The translations under genes and the position numbers were made by a program. The notes under the pieces are model-generated. The model did no database searches. It was not told where the DNA came from and saw nothing but the letters and a program-made list of their open reading frames with translations. DNA of 64,000 nt from Octopus vulgaris. Taxonomy: Eukaryota. The DNA lies in assembly GCA_951406725.2 (NCBI GenBank), contig OX597819.1:114700001-114764000 (forward strand), in the 5' to 3' direction. Below, piece by piece: positions 51,429 through 64,000 of the stretch. The stretch's first letter is position 1. Each line of letters begins with the position of its first letter.

Positions 51429-52371
51429 GTAGACTTTTCTTAAGCTTAATTTCACCTCACCTGTAGTTCTTTGTTTTAATCATCATGGACATCATTATGA
51501 TCATCTTGTCTGTTTTTCTTTCATGCTACTAAAATTTTTTGTGCTTTATGTAGCACAAACAACAATAGAAAAAAACCCAACTTCATGTATGTCTTAAGAG
51601 GATTTTATCATGCTTCAAGCCTTTAGAGACTTTATCCTGTTACTTGAGTGCCATGGGTGCCATTTGTGTGACACCAGTATCTGTCACAACTGCGATTTTG
51701 CTTGGCTTGGTGGGTCTTCTTCTTAAGCACGACATAATGCCAAAGGTCCCTGTGTGTAAATTAATTGGAATGTGCAATACTATGCAACATTCTCATCTAA
51801 TGCTTTCTTTTGGCCGTGCGCATGGGATACAAACTTTTCCAAACAAGAAACTTGGTTATCATTTGGGACAAAGATGTACCGAGGTCTTGAAAGGCATGTA
51901 CGTTTGATCATTTACTGAAGAGTTTGATCTTTCTTTCCGAAAAAATCTATTTACAAAATTACAACTGGTAAATTGATGGAATCAAACCAAGGCTAATGTC
52001 ATAGCAAAGCCATGTTGCTTTCAAAGGGATTTAATGTCTAGAGTGCTAACAACGTCATCAGAACCAGTGTGGGAGAGGTGTTGTAAACTTCTGTGTGCAC
52101 TCCTTACTGATAATGAGCAGAGGACTACCAATATTCATTGCTACACTTTATCTGAACTATCTTTACAATATGCCTCTACTACCAAGCTTCTATATAGTCA
52201 TTTGACTTTCTAGAAATAGCAACCAAATCTTCAGATCACATGTTACCATTCTGAAAAACCGAGAATATTTAAATTCCATACTGAAATGCTAAATTTGACT
52301 TTTCTGTTTACTTTTTATAAATTTTTCACCGTTTACCCCTCTCTTCTTTTTTCATTTGTATTTTCTGACAG

Positions 52372-52572
52372 ATTCTAGCGAAGGGAGAACAGCAGGTGTC
52401 AGAGAAAGAAAGACAGGCTCAGCTGGAGTCTATGTACCGAGACATTGCTACAGTTGTTGCCGACAAATGTGTAAACCTTGAGAACAATCGGCCTTTTCCT
52501 GTAACATTGATAGAAAAAGCTATGAAAGACCTACACATTTCTGTCAAACCAAACAAGAACACTAAACAACAG
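52372..52572 (+). CDS. SBDS: SBDS coding exon 3
   Basis: [14 protein letters not shown]...[37 protein letters not shown]; 201 nt. Confidence 0.98.
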
Positions 52573-53019
52573 GTAATTTTGGATGCATTCTTTTTGGCAT
52601 TCAGTTGAGAGTAGTGAATTGGCTGAAATGACGAGTGTTAGATAAAATAATTAGGCTTTAGTTACATCTCTTTATATTGTGAGATTAATGGCAGCTGGAG
52701 TTGACTGTTTTTCGTCTTCCTTGGGTTAACAGAATAACGTACTGAAGTACAGGGACTCATTTAATTGATTGTGTTCTCCACAAAATCAGAGACTTTGAGC
52801 CTATGTTAAAAATCAATGTTTGGCTAAATCTGTTTGCTTGTTTATCCAGTTTCTCAAATGCTTTGTCATCAAATTAGTGAAGGGTTTAATAATAATAATA
52901 ATGAAATTATTGTATACAGTGCTCAGGTGCACCACAACTTGTCAGAAAGTGCGTATAGAGTATATGCAGTAATGTACAAATGTCTGGAAAGCGAACAATG
53001 TATGAGTCAGATACATTCT

Positions 53020-53075
<56 letters not shown>

Positions 53076-53229
53076 TATATTATATTGACTGAAGGTCGAT
53101 AAGATTCCAACCATCCCAGCTAAGAAGAGATCTTCTACATGGCTGCTTTTTTGGTTATAACTAGTTAGCTGTCGAATCTCCCTCAAACCATATCCTGCTA
53201 TGGTCTGGGTTCTGCTATGCTTCCAAAAT

Positions 53230-53661
53230 CGTTTGAACCAAGCTTTGAAGAAAAAAGGCCCACTTTAGTGAATCGAAAAGGAGTGATGTTTCATCAGGAC
53301 AATGTGCAACCCCACACTGCAAAGATCACATCACAGAAGATTGAAGAGATTGGTTGGGAAAAAATTCCTCATTCACCTTATTCTCCCGAGCTTACACCTT
53401 CAGACTACCATTTGTTTCGTAGTTTACAGAATTATTTGGTGGATATAGCCTTCGCAAGCCAAGAGGAGGTTGAAACTGACATTTCAGAGTTCTTCGCTGT
53501 GAAACCAAAAGAGTTTTACATTAATGAGATTAAAAAGCTTGTAAATAGATGGAAGGAAGTCATAGATAAGTACATTAATGATTAAATTTCAATTAAATAT
53601 AACATTTGATCACTTGTTTTCTTTATTCAAAATTCGGACAGAACTTATGGGATGACCTAAT
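53230..53661 (+). mobile_element. Mariner 3' fragment with TIR
   Basis: FHQDNVQPH...HSPYSPELTPSDYHLFRSLQN; TIR TTATGGGATGACCTAA then TA. Confidence 0.9.
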
Positions 53662-54897
53662 ATACAACAGCTGTCAAATGACAAACCCATGAGAGGTCCT
53701 CTACATGATTACTTGGCCTCCTCAGATGTAGAAAAACAGGCTTTTTGCCTGTTGCCATTCTATGTGGTTGGGTAGCACAATGAAATACAACCACATAAAT
53801 CATTTCTTCATTCATATGATAGAGAAAACAGGCTTGAAGAAAATTTGGCTGGTATTTCTATCAAGATGAGCAGCCACGTGGAGGTTACTTCATTAGCTCA
53901 AGCTGGAATGTTTATATTTTATAACCTTTGCATGACTTGATACCCAAAATAGTTTTTTCTTCTCTGTTTTGCACCTAATTTTCCACTTTTTCCACAAGGT
54001 AGCATACTTCACCAACTAGTGTGGAGTATTGTTACATGTGTAAGCTCGCAAAAATTGCTCATAAATTATTTGGTGATGTTAATCTGGGAAAGAACAAGTG
54101 TTCTATCGAGAGAAAGTTTATCTCTCATCTGCTTTATGCTATGAAGGTGAATTTAAGCACAGCTCTTAGAAAATCAATATAATACTAGGTTTGTTAGGCT
54201 GTTTTAGCTTGTGGTCAGTCCTGATTGAGCAAACCTATAATTGAAGGTACTAGAACTAAGACCATCCTATCTTTCAATCAGACAAGGTGTCTTGAAGACT
54301 ACATTATCTATTGTGATCTTTTTTAAAGATAATAGAATGGGATTTGAAGGAAGACAATGGTAATTGGACCCTCAATATAACTAAATACAGTTGGTATTAA
54401 GTCTTACTCTCTGTTGATTCTGCCAGCCATCGACTTAATGAAACTGGCTCTGCTTCTACCAAGCAGTTAATTGTAGGAAGAAAAACTAGCTGTAAATACT
54501 ACTACACATTAATCATCCTTTGCATGGTAAAGTGAAGGAAAACCAGTAAAAAAGAAAACTAGAATGGATACATCTTAGACAGAAAATTTAGTCAAACACT
54601 TGAATAAAATATAATGGTATTTTAATTCTTTTACAATGTTCTTCAAATGTTTTAGTCTTCAGTGCCACTGAAAAAAAAATGCCTTTTTTGTAGAGCTTTC
54701 TGTTGAAAATGTCATTGCTACTCGTGAATGATAAGGGAAAAAAAAATCTATCATAGTTACCTGTTTGAATTTGCAAACATTCTTTTTGAAAAAGAAGCCC
54801 ATTCTAAAGAACTATGTTGATACTTATTTTTTTAAGAATTTCTTTTATAATTTTCCTTTGTTTTGCATCCCCTTTAATTCGTGTTTTACTATTGTAG

Positions 54898-54982
54898 GCA
54901 CTAGAAGTCATCAAACAACTAAAGGCATCAGAAACCATCAAAATTCAACGTGCACAGATGCGTTTAAGGATAGGAGTTTCAG
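54898..54982 (+). CDS. SBDS: SBDS coding exon 4
   Basis: ALEVIKQLKASETIKIQRAQMRLRIGVS; G|GTGAGT donor; 85 nt. Confidence 0.96.
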
Positions 54983-55090
54983 GTGAGTGTCTCCTTTTAT
55001 GATTTTGGCTTCCTTTTTCATCTCTTAATTCTTAAAAAGAAAATAAGGTATCATGTGTGCTAAACATCACTCACAATACATTGGTTATAA

Positions 55091-55602
55091 ATCAAATCAA
55101 ATCAAAACAAATCAAAATAGATGAACATCAATGGAATTTGTATCTTTGTGGTACCAGTGCCGGTGGCACACAAGAAAATCATCCGAACGTGGCCGTAGCC
55201 AGTAGCGCATAGACTGGCCTCCGTGCTTTGGGGACGTAACAAACACCATCCGATCGTGGCCGTCCGCCAGCCTCATCTGGCACCTGTGTCGGTGGCACAT
55301 AAAAACACCATCCGAGCGTGGCCGTCTGCCAGCCTCGTCTGGCACCTGTGTCGGTGGCACATAAAAACACCATCCGAGCGTGGCCGTTCGCCAGCCTCGT
55401 CTGGCACCTGTGTCGGTGGCACATAAAATCACCCACTACACTCTCGGAGTGGTTGGCGTTAGGAAGGGCATCCAGCTGTAGAAACACTGCCAGATCTGAC
55501 TGGCCTGGTGCAGCCTTCGGGCTCCCCAGACCCCGGTTGAACCGTCCAACCCATGCTAGCATGGAAAACGGACGCTAAATGATGATGATGATGATGATGA
55601 TG
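55091..55602 (+). mobile_element. RTE 3' tail with three near-identical 60 bp units
   Basis: Same terminus and (GAT)n tail as the other RTE copies. Confidence 0.85.
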
Positions 55603-56424
55603 ATATTTAGAGACTGAAAATATATTTAGAAATAAATCATTTCAAAACCTCAAATCCTAAATGTTGTCATTACTCTCACCGCTTCTTTACTCCTTTCATT
55701 CATTAAACTGTGGCCAAGCTACAACCCTGCCTTCTAGGATATAGTCTATTAGATTGATCCAAGTAGTTATTTTAACAATGTGGTTATGTAGTTAAAATGT
55801 TTGCTTCACAGCCACATGATTTTGAGTTCAATCCTGGTGTATGGAAACTTGCTACAGGTTGACCAATGCTTTGTTAGTGAAATTTAGTAAACAAAAACCA
55901 TAGAGAAGCCCCTCATGTGTGTGTGTGTTTTTTAAATATCACTTGTTAATGTTGTTGGCATTTGTATTCATATTTTTGTTCAGTTTGAAGAAAGACTGGT
56001 AGTGTTGGTAATATTACTGTTGTTGGAGACTGTGTTAGTCTTTTTCCTTTGTTCTTGCTTAGTCCCAGGTAAGATCTCATGCAGCAGACGGATGGTGAAA
56101 ACTATTATTTTTCTTTCAGATATACTATATCAAGAACGGTGTTATGCAATGTGATTTGGCTGTTATTTCTAGCAGTGATTCTCTTTACTGTGTCAACTTT
56201 AGTGATCACTGTTCTGAGTTGAAATTTGCAAGCTGCATACTGTGTTTGAGAGAAGGCACATGGTCTAGTGGTTAAGGTGTTGCACTCGTGATTGCAAGAA
56301 TGTGGTTTCAATTTTCATACCAGGTGGTGCATTGCATTCTTGAGCAAAACATTTCATTTCATGTTGCTCCACTTCGCTCATTTGGAATTGAGTAACCTTG
56401 TGAAGGATTGGCGTCCTATTCTAT

Positions 56425-56652
56425 TTCTTTACTACCCACAAGGGGCTAAACACAGAGAGGACAAACAAGGACAGACAAAAGGATTAAGTCGATTACATTG
56501 ACCCCAGTGCGTAACTAGTACTTAATTTATCGACCCCAAAAGATGAAAGGCAAAGTCGACCTCAGCGGAATTTGAACTCAGAACGTAACGGCAGACGAAA
56601 TACGGCTACACATTTTGCCCGGCATGCTAACGTTTCTGCCAGCTCACCACCT
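56425..56652 (-). mobile_element. SINE family C
   Basis: GATGAAAGGCAAAGTCGACCTC..GGAATTTGAACTCAGAAC core also seen near 11415, 11636, 19720 (+), 29070 and 62165. Confidence 0.75.
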
Positions 56653-56868
56653 TATGGCGTCCTATTCAAGGGCAATGTTATGATCTGGATCACCACGGAA
56701 ACCAGATAACTGATCCTATGAGTCCTAGGGCTTGAGACACTAATGTCCAGATGATCATATTGTGTCTCTGTATTTAGATTTTAACAATAAGTTGGTTTAT
56801 ATTAATTATTTTAACGCAAGAATGCCAGGTAGTTTATTAATATTTTTTTTAATATTTTTTTTTCTCAG

Positions 56869-56954
56869 GTAAAGATGCTAAAAGGGTGAAGGAAAAGGTT
56901 AAAAAGCTGTCTACCAAAGTGGAGAAAGAAGATTTTGATGATGAATTGGAAATG
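56869..56954 (+). CDS. SBDS: SBDS coding exon 5
   Basis: (G)KDAKRVKEKVKKLSTKVEKEDFDDELEM; TCTCAG acceptor, GTAACT donor; 86 nt. Confidence 0.95.
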
Positions 56955-57972
56955 GTAACTGATGTTTTTTTAATATAGGAATAAAGTATGGTGAAGCCAG
57001 TAGTGTTTATGTGTGTGTGTGTGTCTGCCAAAAAAATTGATTTGTAGTATATAGTTAAACCCCCATTATGTTCTGAATTCAGATCTTGCCAATGTTGAGT
57101 TTACGTTTTATTCTATCCTTCAAAATTTCCATGCTTCCTGAGATTTGCCAACACTACACCTGATTTTCCCCCCTCCGAACACACGCAAGCATGTATCTGA
57201 CTCATACACTGTTCGCTTTCCAGACATTTGTACATTACTGCATATACTTTATATGTACTTTTGACAAGTTGTGGTGCACCTGTATACAATAATTTCATTA
57301 TATTATATATCATTATAATACTTAACAGTCAATAACTGAGGGATCAATATAATCAGTTGCTCAGCTATGCCCTTTCTAAAGTTTGTGGTCTTGTGCCTAT
57401 ATTAGAAATCAACGTTTGTGTGTGTGTGTGTATCTATCTTTTTATGTATGTATGTATGTATGCATGCACACATGCCTGCACCTGCATAACTTTGTGGTTA
57501 CGAAGTTTGCTTTTGTAATCATAGTTCTGGCATCAACAGCATTTTGTGAACAAAATTGAGTAAACAAAGACTGTGGAGACCTGTTGGCTCTGAATGAATA
57601 CCACATTTAATTTGTCTTTTGTGATGTTTTTGCATTAAGTATGATACACAATGCCTATTTTAATCTCACACTGCTTCTGTTACACATGCCTCATGAGGCT
57701 AATTTTATCTTTTTGCTACAGAAAAAATAATCACCCACTACATTCCATTTGGAAGAGCATCAGTCATAGGAACCATACCAAAGCAAACATTGGAGCTTGA
57801 CACAGCCCTCTGGCTGACAAGCTCTTGTGGAACTGTCCAACCCATGCCAGCATGGAAAGCATGTTAAATGGTGATGATACAACATCCTGCTCATGCTGTT
57901 ATGACTAAATATAAATGTAAAGCAATGAAAAAGTATTTATTTTCTTATTCTTTTCTTTTCTTTGTTTTGTAG

Positions 57973-58101
57973 ACTGTGCTGATTGATCCTGGTTGTTATA
58001 AAGAACTCAGTGAATTAATTCACACTGAAACCAAAGGTAAAGGGCATGTTGAAATTCTCAGTTTGAAAGACATAGAGGAAGGAGATGAGAAACTTGAATA
58101 A
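57973..58101 (+). CDS. SBDS: SBDS terminal coding exon
   Basis: [42 protein letters not shown]-stop; total CDS 759 nt; AATAAA at 58171 and downstream. Confidence 0.98.
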   Translation, partial: TVLIDPGCYKELSELIHTETKGKGHVEILSLKDIEEGDEKLE

Positions 58102-58704
58102 ACTACAATCAACCCTGAAGTTTCACCAAAACTTAAAAAGACTGCTGTGCTGTTTTCCTTTTTGTGTAACAATAAACTCGAAAAGCGTTTTTTTTTTTAT
58201 TTTTGGAAAAAAAAAAAAATAAAAACATAAAATGAAAAAAAAAAAGAAATACTAAAAATGAAAAAAAAATTGAAAATATACTGAAAAATAAAACAAAAAA
58301 CAAAACAATGCTTTGCCAATCCAAAACAAATGAAATATTCTTAGAACAGAATAAAAGATGCTTTTATTATTACCATTAAGGAATTTTGATTTAAGTCCTT
58401 TTCTAAAATTTGTTTTATCTGTTTGAAATTTCTTATTGGTAAAAATTGAAAACTGTATTACATAAAATGGAATTCAGCAAAGGCAGGTAATGAAATACGA
58501 AATTGAAACTTAAACTGAAATTCAATTAAAAAATGAAATTTGAATTTAGTGTCTTTTTTTTTTTTCTTTTACTAATCCTTCAACAATTTTAGGAAATGAA
58601 TCTCTTGCAGGTGATGACAAAGAGCTGTGACAAATAACAGTATATGGTACTGAAGAAGACCTGGTGCAAGCATAATAGAAAACAGTTGTTAAAGTGGTTA
58701 GAAT

Positions 58705-60265
58705 GTTAGTTAGTTAGTTAATTTTTTGGCTCAAAAAGCAAAAAGCAAGGCCATGTAGGGGGACGTGGAGTTATGTACAGAGTGGTGTTCATGTAAAGAG
58801 TTCAGGCCACTTGTGGTCAAGGGAGACTTTGAACCGAGCGGTCGTCGGCATCTTCACCATCTCGTCCGGCAGCTTATTCCATGGATCCGCAACCCGGACG
58901 GAGAAAGCCCCTCTCCTTCGATTGAGATGAAATTGTCGCAGATAGAGCTTTTCGGAATGACCCCGCAGCCGACGCTCTGGAGCAGGAGTGAAGAACAGCT
59001 CTTTCGAGAGGTTACACTTTCCGCTTATGATGTTGTGATCAAGAATGAGATCACCACAGCGTCATCGTTTTTCTAGAGAATAAAGGTCAAGCGTCTTCAG
59101 CCTTTCCTCAAGACAAATTCTTGAGACCAAGAACCATGTGGGTAGCCAGCTTCTGGACTCTTTCGAGATGCTGTATGTCTTTGAAGAGGCTTGAATCCCG
59201 TACTCCAATATGGGTCTCACCAGCGTGACATAGAGCGGTAGGAATATGGCTGCTGTAAGCATTCCGAATGACTGTCGAATCAAGAACAGTTCTCTGCGTG
59301 CTTTGTTGGTAGCATGGACGCACTGGGCCGAAGGCGAAAAGGAGGAATACACCAAGATACCCAGGTCCTTTACCTGATCGGTCCTCTCCAGCAGTAGACG
59401 ACCCGGCTCGAAATCAAGTTGAGTTGCAGGAGGAGAGCCAACAGGCAGATGACAGCACTTTGACACGTTCAGACACAGGTCTCATTCATTAGACCATCTC
59501 CAAATTTGGTGGAGGCATCGATGAAGATCCTCTATATCACCGCGAGGAGCGACCAGTTTGACATCGTCGGCAAATAGAAGGGTGTGTTGCATGAGGTCGT
59601 CAGACAAGTCATTTATGAAGACTAAGAACAATAAGGGCCCAAGCACTGAACCTTGAGGCACGCCACTGTTCGCACTGGAGATGTCGGACCGCGAACCATT
59701 TACTTGGACTTGGAAGGAGTGATCTGAGAGGAAGGCACCAACCCATCGTACAATATCCGGATGGAAACTATATGCTTGAAGCTTGACAAGTAATAGGTGG
59801 TGGTTTACCGAGTCAAAAGCTTTGGCAAAGTCCAATAAAACGATGTCAACAGCATCACTATCATCGAGGATGCACATCACCAATTCTTCCATTACCAGTA
59901 AGTTGGTCAAGCATGATCTCTTCGGCACGAAGCCGTGTTGGGAATCAGAGATTGAGGCTGTGTTTTGGAGGTGGAGCATCATACTTTTCTTAGGGATGGT
60001 TTCGAACATCTTGCTGATTATTGATTTAAGGGAAACTGGTCAGTAGTTAAGCGGGTCTTCACGGCTCCCTTTCTTGAAAATTGGGCAGATTATCGCTGTT
60101 CTCCAGTCTGCAGGTATAACACCTGTCGCCAATGACATATTGAATAGACGTGTTAAGGGCTCGCAGATGACCGGAGCCAATGCTTTGATAACCCTTGAGT
60201 GTATGCCGTCAGGGCCGTGACCCTTGTTGACATCGAGGCCTTGAATAACGCGTTCGAATGATTGA
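58705..60265 (-). mobile_element. 5'-truncated CR1-clade LINE
   Basis: GPDGIH, FKKGSREDPLNY, DFAKAFDSVNH, SGVPQGSVLGPLLFLVFINDL, LFADDVKL; (TAAC)n 3' tail. Confidence 0.92.
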
Positions 60266-60414
60266 GGTTGAGATGTTAAGTTTCTATTTACAAACCTTTT
60301 CATTACTTTTTCACTTACCACCCTCCTTTCTCCCATCCATTATGGTTTCTCCTGTATAACAAGGAATGGCATTCGTTTTCTCTGTATTTAATGCTTCCAC
60401 TGTCATCTTTTTGG

Positions 60415-60740
60415 TGATACCAGTGCTGGTGGCACGTAAAAGAACCATCCAAATGTGGCCGTTGCCAGCGCCGCCCTGACTAGCCTCTGTGCCGGTGGCA
60501 CATAAAAAGCACCAACCGATCATGGCTGTTGCCAGCCTCGCCTGGCACCTGTGCCAGTGGCACGTAAAAAGCACCCACTACACTCACGGAGTGGTTGGCG
60601 TTAGGAAGGGCATCAAGCTGTAGAAACACTGCCAGATCAGACTGGGCCTGGTGCAGCCTTCTGGCTTCCCAGATCCCAGTCAAACCGTCCAACCCATGCT
60701 AGCATGGAAAGCGGACGTTAAACGATGATGATGATGATGA
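60415..60740 (+). mobile_element. RTE 3' tail fragment
   Basis: Same terminus and (GAT)n tail. Confidence 0.85.
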
Positions 60741-61437
60741 TCCCTCTATCATTCTATCTCTCTTCTATCAAAATACCTGCGTAATGAGGAATAACATTGA
60801 ATCTATCCATAGTCTGTACTCAGTACTCCTACCACCACCCATCTCTGTTGCTATCCCTTACTCATTTTCTCTTACTATCACCCACTTCTATTGCTCCCCC
60901 TATTACCCATCTTTATTGCAATCCCACCATTCTGCTCATACTGTTTTTGTATTCATTCTCCTTACCAACAACCAATATGCAGAAGTCACAGTCCTTTCGC
61001 AATTACTCTCTTCTTTACTTCCCTCATGTTTCTGCCATCCTACTTATACTCTTTTTTTTTCTTTCCTCCTCTTGATCATTACTCTTTTTTTATTCACACG
61101 CTTGGAAATGCTTACTTTGAAAGGACAGAAACAATATGGAGCAGAGAGGAGACAATGCAATATGTCTCGTTCTGGTGTCATGACAGGATGCACCCAATGC
61201 ACTGTAAAATGGTTGACAAGGAAATGGAAACAATGTAGGGGGAAGGGCTCTTTAGTCTTATTGAAGACATAACAACTTTTCTTTGTGCTGTTTTCTTTGT
61301 CATATAACAGCAAACTCAAAAAAGGTGTTTTGTTTTTGGAAAAAAAAGCTAAAATTGTAAAAAGAAAACTAAAAGTATATTCAGAAATATTAAATTTCTA
61401 AATCTCTCATAGAGATATGTAAGGTGGTGGGGCGATA

Positions 61438-61605
61438 GAATGGTTGTATACTGTCAATCTAACGTGAACGTGACAGTAGGGGGTTACACCACCGCTGTTT
61501 AGCCCTAGGAAGCATCAGGAGGCGTCAATGCTTCCTAGGGCTAAACAGCGGTGGTGTAACCTCCTACTGTCACGTTCATGTTAGATTGACAGTATACAAC
61601 CATTC
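61438..61605. mobile_element. Palindromic MITE with 78 bp arms and a 12 nt loop, TA-flanked
   Basis: GAATGGTTGTATACTGTC...GGAAGCAT / ATGCTTCC...GACAGTATACAACCATTC with 2 mismatches. Confidence 0.9.
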
Positions 61606-62044
61606 TAAAAGTATATTGTTTTCCCCCTCACCAAAAAAAAAAAAATGGAATTGAAGCTTAAATTGAAATTCAATTAAGAAATGAAATTTGAATTGGTGTG
61701 AAATTTCACATTTTATTGTATTTTGTGTTGTGCAAAAATGCACCCAATACATTCTTTAAAGTGGTTAATATTAGGGACAGCATCGAGCTCTGGAAACCAT
61801 TCCAAAAATGGAATGTATAAGTGAGACATTATCTGATTCATTTAGGAGAATAGTAACTCTGAAGAGGAACTGACTTCAACCACGTTAACCTGTCTATACC
61901 TGCATGAAAAGCAGTTGTTAAGTGATCTTCAATATATACCTAAATTTGATAGTTTTTAAGAAATCAAAAAAAACCTAACTGTATCAAGATTGCAATCATG
62001 CCACAGATGTCGTATCATTATCATTTACATCCATGTTCCATTCT

Positions 62045-62275
62045 TATTTCTTTATTGCCCACAAGGGGCTAAACACAGAGGGGACAAACAAGGACAGACA
62101 TAGGTATTAAGTCGATTACATCGACCCCAGTGCGTAAATGGTACTTATTTAATCGACCCCGAAAGGATGAAAGGCAAAATCGACCTCGGCAGAATTTGAA
62201 CTCAGAACATAGCGGCAGATGAGATACTGCTAAGAATTTCGCCCGGCATGCTAACGTTTCTGCCAGCTCGCCACC
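62045..62275 (-). mobile_element. SINE family C
   Basis: Close match to 56425-56652. Confidence 0.8.
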
Positions 62276-63048
62276 TGTCCATGTTCCATTCTGGTTTGGG
62301 TTGGACTGTTTGATAATATCCAATGGGTTCAAGGACCACATTATGCTTCAGTATCTGCTTTGGCATGGTTTCTTTGGTTGGATGCCCTTCCTAATGTCAA
62401 TAATTTTTCAGCCTGTAATGGGTGCCTTTTTTTTATGTTATTGGTGCAGCAGCAGAAATTTATATTAAATGCTACTGAGAATATAGATCAATTGAAGGCA
62501 TTAAATTTTTTTCTTATGTATTACTAAATTCTCAGGCAAATTTTTGTTTTCTGTTCTTTCCTCTGAAGGCAAATGAAAAGAAAACCAAGCTAATACTTAG
62601 AAAATGTTAAGAATTTTGGCTTCAAAGGAATGCAATAAAGGATGCTGAGCTTGCTTTTTTTACATCTTTATCTTTTTAATAAGACACATCAGTTTGGTTG
62701 CCTGAGAAACCTGACTAACATGGTTAAAAACCTCTTGGACAATAAAGAAGTCAATCTGACTGCTACAAATGTTCAAAGTATAAGCCTTGAAGTCTAAATA
62801 CTAAAACATTCCCAATCTTTTATGCTGCCTAAATTGGGGAAAACTTTGTACTTAAAATGAAAGCAGTAAAAACCATGATAAACTCTAGGAATGCAAAAGG
62901 GTAATTTTTTTCTTTCTTGTGATACCAGTGCCGGTGGCACGTAAAAGAACCATCCAAACATGGCCATTGCCAGCGCTGCCCCGACTGGCCTCTGTGCCGG
63001 TGGCACATAAAAAGTACCAACCGATTGTGGCCATTGCCAACCTTGCCT

Positions 63049-64000
63049 TGGGTTTGTGCCTGGGAAAAGCACCACTGATGCTATATTTCTGGTAAGACAG
63101 CTGCAGGAGAAAAACATAGCCAAAGATAAACCTCTGTACTTGGCTTTCATTGACATGGAGAAAGCCTTTGACAGGGTCCCCCGATCCCTTATCTGGTGGC
63201 CAATGCAGAAACTAGGGATAGATGAGTGGTTAGTGAGAGTTGTACAAGTCATGTACAGGGATGCTGCCAGTAAGGTGAGGTTTGTCAACAAGTATAGTGA
63301 AGAATTCCTGGTAGGGGTAGGGATCCACCAAAGATCAGTCTTTAGTCCCCTCTTATTCATCATAGTCCTCCAGGCAATAACAGGAATTCAAGACAGGATG
63401 CACCTGGGAGATTCTCTAAGTTGATGACCTTGCTCTAATAGTTGAGTTACTATCAGAACTAGAGGAGAAGTTTCAGATGTGGAAGCAAGGTCTAGAATTG
63501 AAGGGCCTTAGAGTCAATCTAGCAAAAAACAAAGTTTTAATAAGTAGGAAGGCAAACAAATCACAAATTCCTTCAGGTTGATGGCCCTGCTCTATCTGTA
63601 GAAAAGGCATGGGCAGAAACTCGATAAGTTGTACCTGGTGTAAGCTATGGACACATAAGAGGTGCAGCAATATCAAAGGAAGGCTAACTGGGAAGATAGT
63701 TTTTGTGTGTGACAAATACTCAGGGGCAATAAGCACTGAAAATATGCAGAAAACAGCTTTTACCAGGGGTAAAAACTAGAAGTAGTTGATAGCGTCCGTT
63801 ACCTAGGTGACCAAGTCAATAGTGGGGTTGGATGCTCTGAGAGTGTAGCAGCTAGAATAAAAATAGCCTGGGCAAAATTTAGAGAGCTCCTACCTCTGCT
63901 GATGACAAAGGGCCTCTGGCTCAGAGTGAAAGGTAGACTGTATAATGCATGTGTGTAAACAGCCATGTTATATGGCAGTGAAACATGGACTGTAACTGCT
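63049..64000 (+). mobile_element. RTE LINE RT domain, decayed, runs off window
   Basis: GFVPGKSTTDAIFLVRQLQEK, AFIDMEKAFDRVPR, VGIHQRSVFSPLLFIIV. Confidence 0.92.

Noticed and set aside
43590-53661. Two mariner halves around SBDS exons 1-3 as a composite transposon
   Set aside because: Both TIRs read in the same direction on the + strand, so they do not enclose the segment as inverted ends.

Overview
AT-rich, repeat-dense eukaryotic DNA. The SINE/RTE repeat families and microsatellite load point to an octopod cephalopod (inference). It holds the last five coding exons of DPH1 (+, 13474-23285) and a complete six-coding-exon SBDS gene (+, 44722-58101, 252 aa). It also holds two related intronless class A orphan GPCRs: one at 631-1611 (+), apparently inside a DPH1 intron, and one at 26837-27793 (-), convergent with DPH1. 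The rest is decayed transposons: RTE, CR1, L1/Tx1, RLE-type LINEs, mariner/Tc1, Chapaev-like, hAT, piggyBac and Tc2/pogo-like MITEs, Penelope-like pieces and tRNA-derived SINEs. Most notable: an intact type I hammerhead ribozyme at 7908-7996 (-) plus decayed relatives; a 57-nt in-frame duplication of the GPCR ERY/ICL2 segment; a second GPCR lacking the LAxxD and NPxxY switches, with a duplicated tail; several long foldbacks; and inverted repeats bracketing SBDS exons 4-5. Exon coordinates were read by hand; repeat boundaries are approximate. No database searches were run.
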